Source of the DNA: Bacteroidales bacterium
GTDB lineage: Bacteria > Bacteroidota > Bacteroidia > Bacteroidales > VadinHA17
DNA: 64,000 nucleotides
Assembly (NCBI GenBank): GCA_038252165.1
Contig: JBBSAP010000004.1
Span: 16,504-80,503, forward strand
Direction of reading: 5' to 3'
Within the stretch, counting starts at the first letter, position 1. Every line of letters begins with the position of its first letter. Below, piece after piece: positions 40,440 through 51,318 of the stretch. The translations under genes were made by a program, and so were the position numbers. Below the pieces are notes generated by a model that made no database searches, was not told where the DNA came from, and saw only the letters and a program-made list of their open reading frames with translations.

Positions 40440-40499
40440 AGTACCACTGAAATACATCCCTGCCAATGCCAATAATACATAGTACATAGTATATTTCTC

Positions 40500-42164
40500 C
40501 TACTTTCCAGTCATGTTCAGACTGGCTGCATAGTAGTTTGGATCAACTGCAATAACAGCATTTTCAGATTCCAGGTCGATAGTTGTAAATCGTGTCGTTG
40601 GAACAATATCTTTTCTGACACCTGATATATATATCCTTAATGGCATATTAAATCCCTGAACGCAGTTATTCCACCGGAATGTCAGTTTGTTCCCTTTAAT
40701 ATAATATTCAAAAACAGGGATTCTTATATCTCTGAGATACTGGTCAAAAACCGGTTTAAGGTTAATCCCCAGCTTGCGGCTCATATATTCTTCTATTTGG
40801 GTTCCCTTAACTACCTGATGGTAAAAGTCCTTGTTCAAGCCTCGCAGGATCCCTCTCCATTTTTCATCATCATCAACTATCTGGCGGATAGTGTGCAGCA
40901 TGCTTCCCCCCTTATAATACATATCACCTGAACCACTGAAATTGACATTATAAATACCTGTAACCGGCCGGTCGTTCCTGATATTCCTTCTGCTCCCAAG
41001 CACATATTCCCTCCCGGCATCTATTCCGTAGTAGTACTCTACATACAGGCTTTCGGAGTAATTTATAAAGCTTTCGTGTATCCACATATCAGCGACGTCT
41101 TCATATGTTATATTGTTTGCAAACCATTCGTGACCTGACTCATGTATTATAATGAAGTCGAATTTATCGCCCCAACCCGATCCGCTCAGATCATTACCCA
41201 TATACCCGTTCCTGTAACCGTTCCCATAAGTAATGGAGCTCTGATGCTCCATACCAAGATAAGGAGCTTCTACAAGCTTATATCCATCTTCGTAAAATGG
41301 AAACGGCCCAAACCAGTGTTCAAATGCTGAAAGCATCATAGGTGCCTGCCTGAACTGGATCTTTGCCTTTTCAAGGTTTTCTTTAAGGACATAATAGTCA
41401 CAATCGAGCTTTCCTTTCTCTCCGTTAAAGACCTCCGAAAAATGAGCATAATCACCAATATTAATATTTACGCCATAATTATTTATCGGATTGGCAACGA
41501 ACCAGTTGTAAGTGGTAGTATTGTTTTTGTGCCTGACAACACTTCTCAACCTGCCGTTTGAGACATCCATCAGTTTTGAGGGAACATTTACACTTATCAG
41601 CATACTGTCGGGCTCATCGTACATATGATCCTTGCATGGCCACCAGAGGCTTGCACCGTCGCCCTGGCACGAAGAGGCTACGAACGGAAGGTTGTTCCTG
41701 TCCTTCTTCCAGGTAATTCCACCTTCCCATGGAGGCCTGTGCGAGATTTTGGGTTTTCCGCCATAATTAAGAACCAATGAATAAATCTCCCCTGGTTTTT
41801 GATTTTCCGCCATCCGGACCCAATATACATTGCCTTCCCTTTTGAAACTAAGTATTTTCCCGTTCTGCTCTGCTTTTAAGATCTCAAGTGGCGGTTGAAG
41901 GTCGATCTGCATAATGTCAGAACTTGTTATAACTCTGTATGTCAGTGTATTGGTTCCATAAATAGTACTGTCGGATGGTTTGACAGAAATATCAAGATGG
42001 TAAAATGTAAGGTCCCACCAGGCTCTTTCAGGCGTTATTGAACCGCGCAGGGTATCCTGCCTGGTAAATTTTGTCTGTGACGGTGCAAGGTACTGGGCGC
42101 CGGCAGGTATTATAGTGAACAACAATGTAATAATTGGAATGGAATTCAGTATCAATCTTTTCAT
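40500..42164 (-). CDS. M1 family metallopeptidase (aminopeptidase N-like)
   Basis: Start moved to MKRLILNSIPIITLLFTIIPAGAQ. HESGHEWFAN (HExxH) plus the downstream Glu in WIHESF. Confidence 0.85.
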   Translation of the reverse strand: MKRLILNSIPIITLLFTIIPAGAQYLAPSQTKFTRQDTLRGSITPERAWWDLTFYHLDISVKPSDSTIYGTNTLTYRVITSSDIMQIDLQPPLEILKAEQNGKILSFKREGNVYWVRMAENQKPGEIYSLVLNYGGKPKISHRPPWEGGITWKKDRNNLPFVASSCQGDGASLWWPCKDHMYDEPDSMLISVNVPSKLMDVSNGRLRSVVRHKNNTTTYNWFVANPINNYGVNINIGDYAHFSEVFNGEKGKLDCDYYVLKENLEKAKIQFRQAPMMLSAFEHWFGPFPFYEDGYKLVEAPYLGMEHQSSITYGNGYRNGYMGNDLSGSGWGDKFDFIIIHESGHEWFANNITYEDVADMWIHESFINYSESLYVEYYYGIDAGREYVLGSRRNIRNDRPVTGIYNVNFSGSGDMYYKGGSMLHTIRQIVDDDEKWRGILRGLNKDFYHQVVKGTQIEEYMSRKLGINLKPVFDQYLRDIRIPVFEYYIKGNKLTFRWNNCVQGFNMPLRIYISGVRKDIVPTTRFTTIDLESENAVIAVDPNYYAASLNMTGK

Positions 42165-42363
42165 AAGTAATTTATAAGATAAAAGACAAAAGTAAAAAGA
42201 CAAAAGTCGAAGCCCCGCATTGCGGGGTAAACTCCGCTAAGACCACGCTTCAGCGGGATAAAAGTATAAAATTAAGGAGTGCCAAAATGAAATCAGGCAT
42301 TGCTGAATAAAAGTAAATGTTTTTAAATAGTATTTTTACAGTGTCCTAACTTCATACCGATCG

Positions 42364-43605
42364 ATGAAAAACCTTGTCTTAGCCTTGATATTCCTTATTT
42401 CACTTCTGTTCAAAAACTGCAAATCAGATTATAGCAATTTGAAAATGATTGCTATTCCTGCAAAAGGAAATTCCTGGAAAATAAACACTACTGGTGATAC
42501 AGTAAAGATCAGGACATATTTCTTTACTGATACTACTGGCCCGCTTTTCATAGGACTACGGGCAAAAACAGATTCCGGAAACGCTTACATCTCTGTAACA
42601 TCCGGTAATATCACCAGAAAGATAAAAATTAAAAACAATGAAAATGACACTCTGATTGCAGGTGAGTTCAATGTTAAGAATCCGGGATACCAAACTATCG
42701 AATTGCAGGGTTTAAAAAAGACTGAACCAATTCTTGCGGGCATATCCGATATTCTGATCAGCGGACCTGCATCTGAGGGCAAGGTATATTTCATAAAGGA
42801 TGATTTTTATTTTGGGCGGCGGGGTCCTTCGGTCCACCTGCGATACGACATACCGGAAAAAGCAACGGATATTGTCTGGTTTTATAATGAGATAACCATC
42901 CCGGCCGGAAATGATGTTGTGGGGTCTTATTTCATGGCAAATGGATTTGCTGACGGTTATTTTGGAATACAGGTAAATTCACCTGTTGAAAGAAGGGTCC
43001 TGTTCTCTGTATGGAGTCCTTATAAATCAGATAATCCGGGAGATATACCTGATGACTACAAGATAATACTTCTGAAAAAAGGAGATGATGTTGTTGCCGG
43101 AGAATTTGGAAACGAAGGTTCCGGAGGCCAGAGTTACAGAAAGTATATATGGAAGGCTGACCAGACCTACCGCTTCCTTCTTAAAGGGGAACCCTCAGTT
43201 AATAGTTCCACCGATTATACCGCATTTTTTTATGCACCTGAAACAGGTAAATGGGAGCTTATTGCCAGTTTCCGCAGACCAAAAACCAAAAGCTATCTGA
43301 AGAACCTATATTCTTTCCTCGAAAACTTTATCCCTGAAACCGGCTTCATCACCCGTAAGGGGTTATATTCAAACCAGTGGATTTGCGACAGGAATGGAAT
43401 ATGGTTCGAATTATCATCAGCCAAATTTACAGCTGATGCCACTGCAAGAAAAGAGTCACGGCTCGATTATGCCGGTGGAGTTGATGAAGGATCATTTTTC
43501 CTGAAAAACTGCGGATTCTTTAATGGAAAAACTCCAATAAATACACAACTGATTCGTCCTGAAACCCGTAACAGACCATCAATTGATTCTGTCCTCCTGA
43601 AGTAA
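42364..43605 (+). CDS. DUF5077/DUF3472 domain-containing secreted protein
   Basis: GYFGIQVNSPVERRVLFSVWSPY...GEFGNEGSGGQSY matches the DUF3472 pattern as I recall it. Confidence 0.7.
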   Translation: MKNLVLALIFLISLLFKNCKSDYSNLKMIAIPAKGNSWKINTTGDTVKIRTYFFTDTTGPLFIGLRAKTDSGNAYISVTSGNITRKIKIKNNENDTLIAGEFNVKNPGYQTIELQGLKKTEPILAGISDILISGPASEGKVYFIKDDFYFGRRGPSVHLRYDIPEKATDIVWFYNEITIPAGNDVVGSYFMANGFADGYFGIQVNSPVERRVLFSVWSPYKSDNPGDIPDDYKIILLKKGDDVVAGEFGNEGSGGQSYRKYIWKADQTYRFLLKGEPSVNSSTDYTAFFYAPETGKWELIASFRRPKTKSYLKNLYSFLENFIPETGFITRKGLYSNQWICDRNGIWFELSSAKFTADATARKESRLDYAGGVDEGSFFLKNCGFFNGKTPINTQLIRPETRNRPSIDSVLLK

Positions 43606-43618
43606 AACTTTCCTGTAA

Positions 43619-45325
43619 ATGAAGAGAGCTTTTTTAATCATACTTTTTTTCATTGGTCTTTTCCGCTTTAACGGAACAAGCCAGACCATAAACCATTGGG
43701 AGACAGTAGTTTTTAACACCGATAACTGGAAATACAGGCCAGGCAGCTCTGAACCCGATTGGTTAATCCCTATCGGGGAATTTACATCTTCAAATCTGCC
43801 GATTGTTGTTATTAAAACCAGCCCGGATGAAACCATTTTGGATGAGCCAAAAATAACGGCAGACATGAAGATCATTCATAACGGATCAGGGCTGATCAAT
43901 AATATAACTGACAATGGAAACATATACTCAGGAAAGGTCGGAATTGAGATCAGGGGGCGTTACTCAGCAATTCTTCCCCAGAAACCTTATGGATTCGAAA
44001 CCCGTGACGGAGCCGGGAACAACCTTAATGTTCCAATATTGGGAATGCCTGAAGAGAACGATTGGATCCTTACCGCAAATTACAATGACAAAGTCTTTCT
44101 GAGGAATTTTCTTGCATTCGACCTGTTCAGGAAAATGGGCCATTATGCACCAAGAACAGTGTTTTGCGAGGTCGTGTTGAACGATGATTATCATGGCATA
44201 TACCTGCTGGGAGAAAAGATAAAAACAGATCCAAACAGGGTTGATATAGCAAAACTTAATCCTGATGAAAATGGAGGAAATGACCTGACAGGCGGATACA
44301 TATTCTCGAATGATTACTACACCTCATCTGACAGCTGGCATAGCAGTTACTCTCCTGTCAACAAACCTGGCAGTAACGTGTACTTCGTTTACTATGATCC
44401 AAAACCTGATGAACTGACTACAACGCAGAAGCAGTATTTAAAGGATTTTGTCGATTCATTCGAGAATATCCTGTACAATCCGGGATTTAAGGACCGGAGC
44501 AGCGGATACAGGGCATTTCTGGATGTAAACTCATTTGTCGATTATTTCATAATAGGAGAATTATCAAGAAATGTGGATGCTTATAAAAAGAGCAGGTTCT
44601 ATTTCAAGGACAAAGACAGTAATGGGGGATTGATACATTCGGGACCACCATGGGATTTTGACTGGGCTTTTAAGGACCTCAAAGAAAATTGCATTCATTT
44701 CAACCAGACTGATGGTTCCGGATGGGCATATAAAATAAACGAATGCAGTGCATGGCCGGTACCGCCTTCCTGGGAAATAAGGCTGATGCAGGATAATTCT
44801 TTCGCAAATCAGATCCACGACAGGTACTATTTACTCCGGAAAACAATACTTAGCGAGAATTATTTAAACCACGTAATCGACTCTGTTGCATTGCTTCTTG
44901 ATGAAGCACAGAATAGGCATTACCAGAAGTGGAAAATTCTTGGAATTAATGTCGGAACGCCAGAGCAGGGGGAACAGCCGGAAACATTTGACGGTGAGAT
45001 CGGGAAGTTTAAAAACTGGATATACAGGCGCCTTTCCTGGCTTGACAAGAACATGGTTGGAAAACCTGCCCCGGGAAGCAGTGATGATCAGCCAATTTAC
45101 AGGGTATTCCCGAATCCGGCAGATAATATACTTCGTATTGAATCAGTTGAAATAATAAGCAGGATAGCAGTCTTCAGTCTTACAGGAAATCAAATTCTTG
45201 ATAAACCTGACTGCGGCGATTACACTACTTCTGTCAATGTCGCTCAGCTAAAGCCGGGTTTATTCATTGTCAGGATATTTTTCAATTCAGGAAAGGTTGT
45301 GAGCCAGAGATTTGTGAAGAAGTAA
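43619..45325 (+). CDS. CotH family protein with T9SS C-terminal sorting domain
   Basis: CotH-like core (GIEIRGRYSAILPQKPYGFE, FLRNFLAFDLFRKMG, DAYKKSRFYF). C-terminal YRVFPNPADNILRIES...RFVKK is typical of type A Por/T9SS sorting domains. Confidence 0.8.
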   Translation: MKRAFLIILFFIGLFRFNGTSQTINHWETVVFNTDNWKYRPGSSEPDWLIPIGEFTSSNLPIVVIKTSPDETILDEPKITADMKIIHNGSGLINNITDNGNIYSGKVGIEIRGRYSAILPQKPYGFETRDGAGNNLNVPILGMPEENDWILTANYNDKVFLRNFLAFDLFRKMGHYAPRTVFCEVVLNDDYHGIYLLGEKIKTDPNRVDIAKLNPDENGGNDLTGGYIFSNDYYTSSDSWHSSYSPVNKPGSNVYFVYYDPKPDELTTTQKQYLKDFVDSFENILYNPGFKDRSSGYRAFLDVNSFVDYFIIGELSRNVDAYKKSRFYFKDKDSNGGLIHSGPPWDFDWAFKDLKENCIHFNQTDGSGWAYKINECSAWPVPPSWEIRLMQDNSFANQIHDRYYLLRKTILSENYLNHVIDSVALLLDEAQNRHYQKWKILGINVGTPEQGEQPETFDGEIGKFKNWIYRRLSWLDKNMVGKPAPGSSDDQPIYRVFPNPADNILRIESVEIISRIAVFSLTGNQILDKPDCGDYTTSVNVAQLKPGLFIVRIFFNSGKVVSQRFVKK

Positions 45326-45351
45326 AAAAATCAAATACTAACCTATATATT

Positions 45352-47898
45352 ATGAAACGAGTTGTAAATGCTTCAATTATTTTCTCAATCCTTCTGATCG
45401 GGACAGCAGAATTCTCCCTGGCCCAGAATTCCCCAAGATCGCGTGAATCATTCAACCAGGGCTGGAAATTCATTAAATACTTTAATGCCTCAACTGATGC
45501 GGCAACAAACGATAAGGAACCAGCCGGACTTCAGCTGCCTTCAGCAAATGACAACAACTGGCGGACCCTCGATCTGCCTCATGACTGGGCTATTGAAGGT
45601 CCTTTCAGTGATACACTGGAAAATAATACAGGCCTTTTGCCCTGGAAAGGAATTGGGTGGTACAGAAAGCACTTTGCATTGAAAGAGTCCGAAAAAGACA
45701 AAAGGATTTATGTTGATTTTGATGGCGCAATGGCTTATCCGGAAGTCTGGGTGAACGGCAAATTTGTAGGTGGATGGCCTTATGGATACACCTCATTCAG
45801 ACTTGACCTGACCCCATATGTCTTTTTCGGGAAGGATAACCTGATAGCAGTCCGGCTCAATACAAAGGACTGGGATTCCCGGTGGTATCCAGGTGCAGGA
45901 TTATACAGGAATGTATGGCTCGTGAAAACATCACAGCTCCATGTTTCGGACAATGGAGTTTTTTGCACAACACCCGAAATTAAGCCAGAGAAGGCAATTC
46001 TGAGTGTACAGGTAGAAGTCGAAAGCCATAATCAACACCCTGTCAACGTTTCAATCAAAGCATCCGTTTACAAGCTTAATGAGAAAGGTGAGGCATCAGC
46101 TCAACATGTTGCTGAGTTCTCCAGCCCGGTCGCAAATCTGACTGCATCGGGAGATCATATTTTCAGGCTCGATATTCCTGTAAATAATCCTGCTTTATGG
46201 AACCTCGATAATCCTGAACTTTACCGGGTTGCAGTTACTGTATTGGATGGAACAGCAATATCTGACGTATATGAAACCAATTTCGGATTCAGAACCCTTA
46301 ATTTCACGGCGCGTGATGGATTTTTCCTGAATGGAAAGAAAGTCCCGGTTCAGGGTGTCTGCAATCACCACGACCTTGGTGCCCTTGGGGCGGCATTCAA
46401 CGTCAGGGCAGCAGAACGTCAGCTTGAGATACTCAGGGAAATGGGGTGCAATGCCATCAGGACCAGCCACAATCCTCCCGCGCCTGAGCTGCTTGACCTG
46501 TGCGACAGAATGGGATTTCTTGTTGAGGATGAAGCATTTGACACATGGAAAACTCCCAAGAAGAGGCTCGATTACAATAAGCTCTTTTATGCCTGGCATG
46601 AGGAGGACCTGAGGGCGATGGTTCGCCGCGACCGAAACCATCCCTCCGTTTTCATTTGGAGCACCGGAAATGAAGTGAATGATCAGAACAATCCTGCCCT
46701 CTCTGAAAGCCTTAGGGCGATCATTAAATCTGAAGACATTACAAGGCCGGTAACAGTAGGATGCAACTGGGATGAATCGGGGACTAATGGTTTCCAGAAA
46801 ACAGTCGATGTATTTGGAATAAACTATCGCCTCTACAGGTATGATGCTTTCTTTGCTTTGAAAGATAATGATAACCTTCCGTTCCACTCAAGCGAATCGG
46901 CATCAACAATAAGCTCAAGAGGAGAATATTTCTTCCCTGTAGTACAGGGTGATCTGAATAACAATCTCCCCGGCCACGGGATATTCCAGATATCATCATA
47001 TGACCTTGCATATCCTGCATGGGCTTCAACAGCCGATCAGCAATGGGAGATGCAGGATAAATATCCAGGAGTTTTCGGCGAGTTTGTCTGGACAGGTTTT
47101 GACTATATCGGAGAGCCTACACCTTATGGTGGAGATCTTACAGGATTAAGACCGGGAAACAGGAGATATGAACAGGCCAAAGCATTACTTGATAAACAGA
47201 ATGTTACTGAAGTACCTTCGCGAAGCAGTTACTTTGGAATTCTCGATCTGGCAGGATTTAAAAAAGATCGGTTTTATCTCTACCAGTCAAAATGGAGACC
47301 CGACATGCCCATGGCACACATTCTGCCTCACTGGAACTGGCCGGAAAGAAAAGGACAGGTTACTCCTGTTCATGTATACACATCGGGCGACGAAGCGGAG
47401 TTATTCCTTAATGGAAAATCACTTGGAAAAAAGAAAAAAGGTCAGTATGAATACAGGCTAAGATGGGATGATGTGGTTTATCAGCCCGGCGAACTTAAAG
47501 TTGTGGCATATAAAAATGGTATCAAATGGGCTGAAGATAAAATGGTTACAACAGGTAAGGCGGGTAAGTTATCAGTCTCAGCTGATCGTCAGTCGCTGCT
47601 TGCAAATGGTTCGGACCTGGTATTTATTACTGTCAGAATCGAAGATAAGAACAGTCTCCTGGTACCGCGTAGCAGCAATCTTGTGAATTTCAGTATACAG
47701 GGACCCGGGAAAATAGTTGCAGTAGACAATGGAGATGCAACAAGCCACGATCCATTCCAGGCATCATACAGAAAAGCATATAATGGAATGTGCCTTGTAA
47801 TTGTGAAAGCGGATAAGGATTCAACAGGCACATTTACCGTCAAAGCCGAATCGAAGGGGCTGAAAGGAACTTCGGTGACAATAAATATCGGAGGTTGA
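45352..47898 (+). CDS. GH2 family glycosidase (beta-galactosidase/beta-glucuronidase-like)
   Basis: NDNNWRTLDLPHDW N-terminal domain, WSTGNEVNDQ acid/base context, GEFVWTGFDYIGEP nucleophile context and C-terminal Ig-like domains. Confidence 0.85.
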   Translation: MKRVVNASIIFSILLIGTAEFSLAQNSPRSRESFNQGWKFIKYFNASTDAATNDKEPAGLQLPSANDNNWRTLDLPHDWAIEGPFSDTLENNTGLLPWKGIGWYRKHFALKESEKDKRIYVDFDGAMAYPEVWVNGKFVGGWPYGYTSFRLDLTPYVFFGKDNLIAVRLNTKDWDSRWYPGAGLYRNVWLVKTSQLHVSDNGVFCTTPEIKPEKAILSVQVEVESHNQHPVNVSIKASVYKLNEKGEASAQHVAEFSSPVANLTASGDHIFRLDIPVNNPALWNLDNPELYRVAVTVLDGTAISDVYETNFGFRTLNFTARDGFFLNGKKVPVQGVCNHHDLGALGAAFNVRAAERQLEILREMGCNAIRTSHNPPAPELLDLCDRMGFLVEDEAFDTWKTPKKRLDYNKLFYAWHEEDLRAMVRRDRNHPSVFIWSTGNEVNDQNNPALSESLRAIIKSEDITRPVTVGCNWDESGTNGFQKTVDVFGINYRLYRYDAFFALKDNDNLPFHSSESASTISSRGEYFFPVVQGDLNNNLPGHGIFQISSYDLAYPAWASTADQQWEMQDKYPGVFGEFVWTGFDYIGEPTPYGGDLTGLRPGNRRYEQAKALLDKQNVTEVPSRSSYFGILDLAGFKKDRFYLYQSKWRPDMPMAHILPHWNWPERKGQVTPVHVYTSGDEAELFLNGKSLGKKKKGQYEYRLRWDDVVYQPGELKVVAYKNGIKWAEDKMVTTGKAGKLSVSADRQSLLANGSDLVFITVRIEDKNSLLVPRSSNLVNFSIQGPGKIVAVDNGDATSHDPFQASYRKAYNGMCLVIVKADKDSTGTFTVKAESKGLKGTSVTINIGG

Positions 47899-47900
47899 TT

Positions 47901-48854
47901 TCAGAATCTGGAAGTAGGTATCCTGTTGTGGGTTTTAATGTCCTCAAAAGTTTCAGCTGACGAGTATTTGAATTTATAGATGAACCTTGATATGATCTTT
48001 GATGGGTCAAGTAGGATCGGATAGATGCTGGCCTTAATGGCTGCCGGTTCAAGATTAAGGATTTTAAGATGCCACAGGATGCCGAGCCCTATCGAAATTA
48101 GAGAGACTGGTATCCTGATATATTTCTTTCCGGGAACCAGATCTTTTACAACTGCATAGTTGTCTGGAGCCAGATTAAAAATTCCGCTGATCCTGTCATC
48201 TGATAAGATGAGGCTGATAAGTGACACAAAATCATCTGTGTGCATGAACTGTATCTTGTTCTCCTTTACAAATACCGGAAGGCGGGGCAGTTTAAGAAGT
48301 ATTGAAATAATACTGGCTGGCTTATTATATGTCGGACCGATCACAGTACAAATACGGCAGAAGACGATCCGGAGATCATCTCTTACCGGTGTATTTGAAT
48401 AAACATCCTCGATAATTTTCTTATTTATTCCATATCGGTATTTTCCCGGGCGCAAGGGGTTGGTCTCCTTAATCCATTCCGGATTATCCTTATGCGCTCC
48501 GTAAGCTGCCGTTGAACTCGAGTAGACAAGCTGTCCGACTGACCTGGTTTTGTCACAGATTTCAAGGATATTAGCCGAACCTCCAACATCTATATCGTGC
48601 TCTTTCTGCCTGTCGCGGACTTTATTGAATGTGCATGCAAGGTGAATGACATGAGTGGGTTGCTCCCTGTTGAAAATATCTTCCAGCCCCTCTCTATCTG
48701 TTATGCTGCAATTGTAAAACCTGAAATACTCACCCGGATTATTTTCAGCTGACTCTTTAATATCCAGTCCGATCACAGATATCTTTTTTGCAATAAGGTT
48801 TGAGACAATCATGCCACCTAAAGAACCTGAAGATCCCGTAATAAGTACTTTCAT
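47901..48854 (-). CDS. NAD-dependent epimerase/dehydratase (extended SDR)
   Basis: MKVLITGSSGSLGG Rossmann motif, 317 aa. Confidence 0.75.
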   Translation of the reverse strand: MKVLITGSSGSLGGMIVSNLIAKKISVIGLDIKESAENNPGEYFRFYNCSITDREGLEDIFNREQPTHVIHLACTFNKVRDRQKEHDIDVGGSANILEICDKTRSVGQLVYSSSTAAYGAHKDNPEWIKETNPLRPGKYRYGINKKIIEDVYSNTPVRDDLRIVFCRICTVIGPTYNKPASIISILLKLPRLPVFVKENKIQFMHTDDFVSLISLILSDDRISGIFNLAPDNYAVVKDLVPGKKYIRIPVSLISIGLGILWHLKILNLEPAAIKASIYPILLDPSKIISRFIYKFKYSSAETFEDIKTHNRIPTSRF

Positions 48855-49087
48855 ATTAATCCTTTTAGGTTTTCAGAAACAACAAACCGGGTGAAAAGTA
48901 AATATATCCAAAAAGCTCTGAAAAACTATTATTTCATGATCTAACCTGAAAAATTCTGAGAATTTTTCACACGAAGTGTTGACGATTGAAAATCAATTAA
49001 TTCTTATGCATGATTCCCGATACTCATTTAATTAAAAATGTCGATCTTAGCGGAATATAATAATTACAAATCATTAATTAAATCTTT

Positions 49088-49591
49088 ATGAAAAGAACTG
49101 CAACCCTTATGCTTCTTATGGTACTGGCCATTTCCATCTCTTCAAGAGTTTCGGCTCAGAAACCAGACTTTGACGGAACCTGGAAACTGGACAGGACAAA
49201 ATCGACGCTTGTGGAGTACACTCCTGTCCTGACCAGGATAGAAATCAGGATTAAAGGCGATTCACTTCTGACTGAACGATATTATGACACAGGAGACGGG
49301 CAGGAGTACCCTTTTAAAGAAAATGTGACCCTCGATGGGAAAGAATACAGTATTGTCATTTACGATATGCCCCGCAAGTCGAAGGCCTCCTGGTCAGAGC
49401 AGGAAGGATCCTTGGTTTTTGAATCCACTGTAACCATCAATGGTGATAATGGTACTCAGGATTTTGTTACAAAGGAGAGCTGGAAAGTTGACAAAACAAC
49501 CAATACATTTACAATCAGCTACAAGAACAAAATGGGTTCAACTGATTCTGAAGGAACTTTTGTTTTGAACAAATCCAATCCAGGCCAATAA
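49088..49591 (+). CDS. hypothetical secreted beta-rich (lipocalin-like) protein
   Basis: Signal peptide, then FDGTWKLDRTKS. Distant resemblance to the 59381-59908 product (FAGKWALNATKS). Confidence 0.45.
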   Translation: MKRTATLMLLMVLAISISSRVSAQKPDFDGTWKLDRTKSTLVEYTPVLTRIEIRIKGDSLLTERYYDTGDGQEYPFKENVTLDGKEYSIVIYDMPRKSKASWSEQEGSLVFESTVTINGDNGTQDFVTKESWKVDKTTNTFTISYKNKMGSTDSEGTFVLNKSNPGQ

Positions 49592-49612
49592 ATACCTGAG
49601 AATTTAGGTAAA

Positions 49613-51283
49613 TCATACAAATAACAGTATCAATAACTGTGCGATAAAAATTCTCAAAAACATGACCAGAGGATATACGGTTGCATAAGCAACCGAAGGA
49701 GCTTCGGACTGTGCAATTCCATTGGCGAAAGCAAGAGCCGGCGGATCAGTCATACTTCCTGAAAGAAGGCCGCAAATCTCAAAATAATTCCGTTTGAGGG
49801 CAATTCTTGCATAGAAGCCTGCTATCGCCAATGGCATTAGGGTAATCAAAGCTCCATAACCCATCCAGATAAATCCATCACCTGATGTAAGTGTCGATAT
49901 GAATTTCTCACCCGACGTTATCCCCACGCTTGCCAGAAAAAGGACTATTCCGATCTCCCGAAGCATAAGATTTGCACTGGCTGTAGTATATGACACAAGA
50001 GAAAACCTGTGACCGTATTTACTTAAAAGAATTGCAATGATCAGTGGACCTCCTGCAAGTCCAAGCTTAAGAGGGTGCAACATCCCGGGGATATTGACAG
50101 GGATGCTTCCAAGAACTACACCTAGCAATATTCCGATAAAAATTGGAATTATATTAGGCTCTTCCAGCCGTTTCATTGAGTCGCCCAGTTGCTCAGTAAC
50201 TTTCTCGATCGATTTTTCTTCACCCACCACTGTGAGCCTGTCACCCATCTGAAGCTGAATCTGAGGGGAAGGAATAAATTCTATTCCGGACCGGTAAATC
50301 CTTGTAATGTTTATATTGAACCTGGTCCTGAGCTTAAGTGATCCAAGGCTTTTTCCGGATACTTCCTTATTGGTCACAAGCAGCCTTCTGGAAATAAGCT
50401 TGCCTGTTTTAGCTGAAAGGTCCATTTCACTTAATGTGCCTGTTTGTTTGAGTATTTCCTTTACAAGCCCTCTTTCAGCAACAACCAGGATAATATCATT
50501 ATTATGAATGATTGTTTCTGAAGTTGCAGGTAACAATCCACCATCGTGCAATATCCTCGAAATAACTATGCCATTACCAAAAAGCCTTGAAACATCTTCA
50601 ACCGATTTGCCGATAACCAAAGGGTTATTAACGAAAATATTAAGCTTTTCGGGCAATGCTTCAGCCGGATACATTTCCTTCTGCAGAATGTCAAGTTCCT
50701 TTTGGGCATCAATTTTCAGAACTTTTCTTATGACAATCATCGTCATAATAATTCCCAGGACACCAAACGGATAGGCTACAGCGTATCCAAGACCAATATC
50801 CTGGATTTCAGATCCCGCTAAGCTGCCACTGACCTGGGCAAGAGCATTCTGTGCTGCACCAAGACCAGGAGTATTGGTAACTGCGCCCGACATCACACCA
50901 ACAAGCATGGGCATGGATGTTCCTGAAATGAAATGAATAAGCAAGGTTGTAAGTCCGCCAAGCAGAACGATTGCCAGTGCCATAAGGTTAAGGGTCAATC
51001 CGCCTTTCTTAAAGGAGGAGAAAAACCCTGGCCCCACTTGTAACCCAATTGAAAAAACAAACAATATAAGCCCGAAATCCCTTATAAATTCAATGACCTT
51101 ATGGTTTGCCGTAAAGCCAAAGTGCCCCATGACTATACCTGAAAACAACACGAATGTGATGCCAAGGGAGACACCCCATATCTTTCTTTTTCCAAGGAAT
51201 ACTCCTGAAGCAATTACAATACTGTATAAAAATATCGTATGTGCTGCGGTCTCATTCCATAGCAAATCCTTAAACCATTCCAC
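49613..51283 (-). CDS. YidE/YbjL-type putative transporter (AAE family, two TrkA-C/RCK_C domains)
   Basis: 556 aa. Duplicated membrane domains flank two soluble RCK_C-like segments (GKSVEDV...ISRI, GKSLGSLKLR...ITRI). Confidence 0.75.
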   Translation of the reverse strand: MEWFKDLLWNETAAHTIFLYSIVIASGVFLGKRKIWGVSLGITFVLFSGIVMGHFGFTANHKVIEFIRDFGLILFVFSIGLQVGPGFFSSFKKGGLTLNLMALAIVLLGGLTTLLIHFISGTSMPMLVGVMSGAVTNTPGLGAAQNALAQVSGSLAGSEIQDIGLGYAVAYPFGVLGIIMTMIVIRKVLKIDAQKELDILQKEMYPAEALPEKLNIFVNNPLVIGKSVEDVSRLFGNGIVISRILHDGGLLPATSETIIHNNDIILVVAERGLVKEILKQTGTLSEMDLSAKTGKLISRRLLVTNKEVSGKSLGSLKLRTRFNINITRIYRSGIEFIPSPQIQLQMGDRLTVVGEEKSIEKVTEQLGDSMKRLEEPNIIPIFIGILLGVVLGSIPVNIPGMLHPLKLGLAGGPLIIAILLSKYGHRFSLVSYTTASANLMLREIGIVLFLASVGITSGEKFISTLTSGDGFIWMGYGALITLMPLAIAGFYARIALKRNYFEICGLLSGSMTDPPALAFANGIAQSEAPSVAYATVYPLVMFLRIFIAQLLILLFV

Positions 51284-51318
51284 ATGCTTAAATGTTTATT
51301 TCCGAAAAGTAATATTTA

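Noticed and set aside
43403-43411. ggttcgaat, a tRNA T-arm-like motif
   Set aside because: It is embedded in the DUF3472 coding frame (WFEL) and the surrounding sequence shows no cloverleaf.
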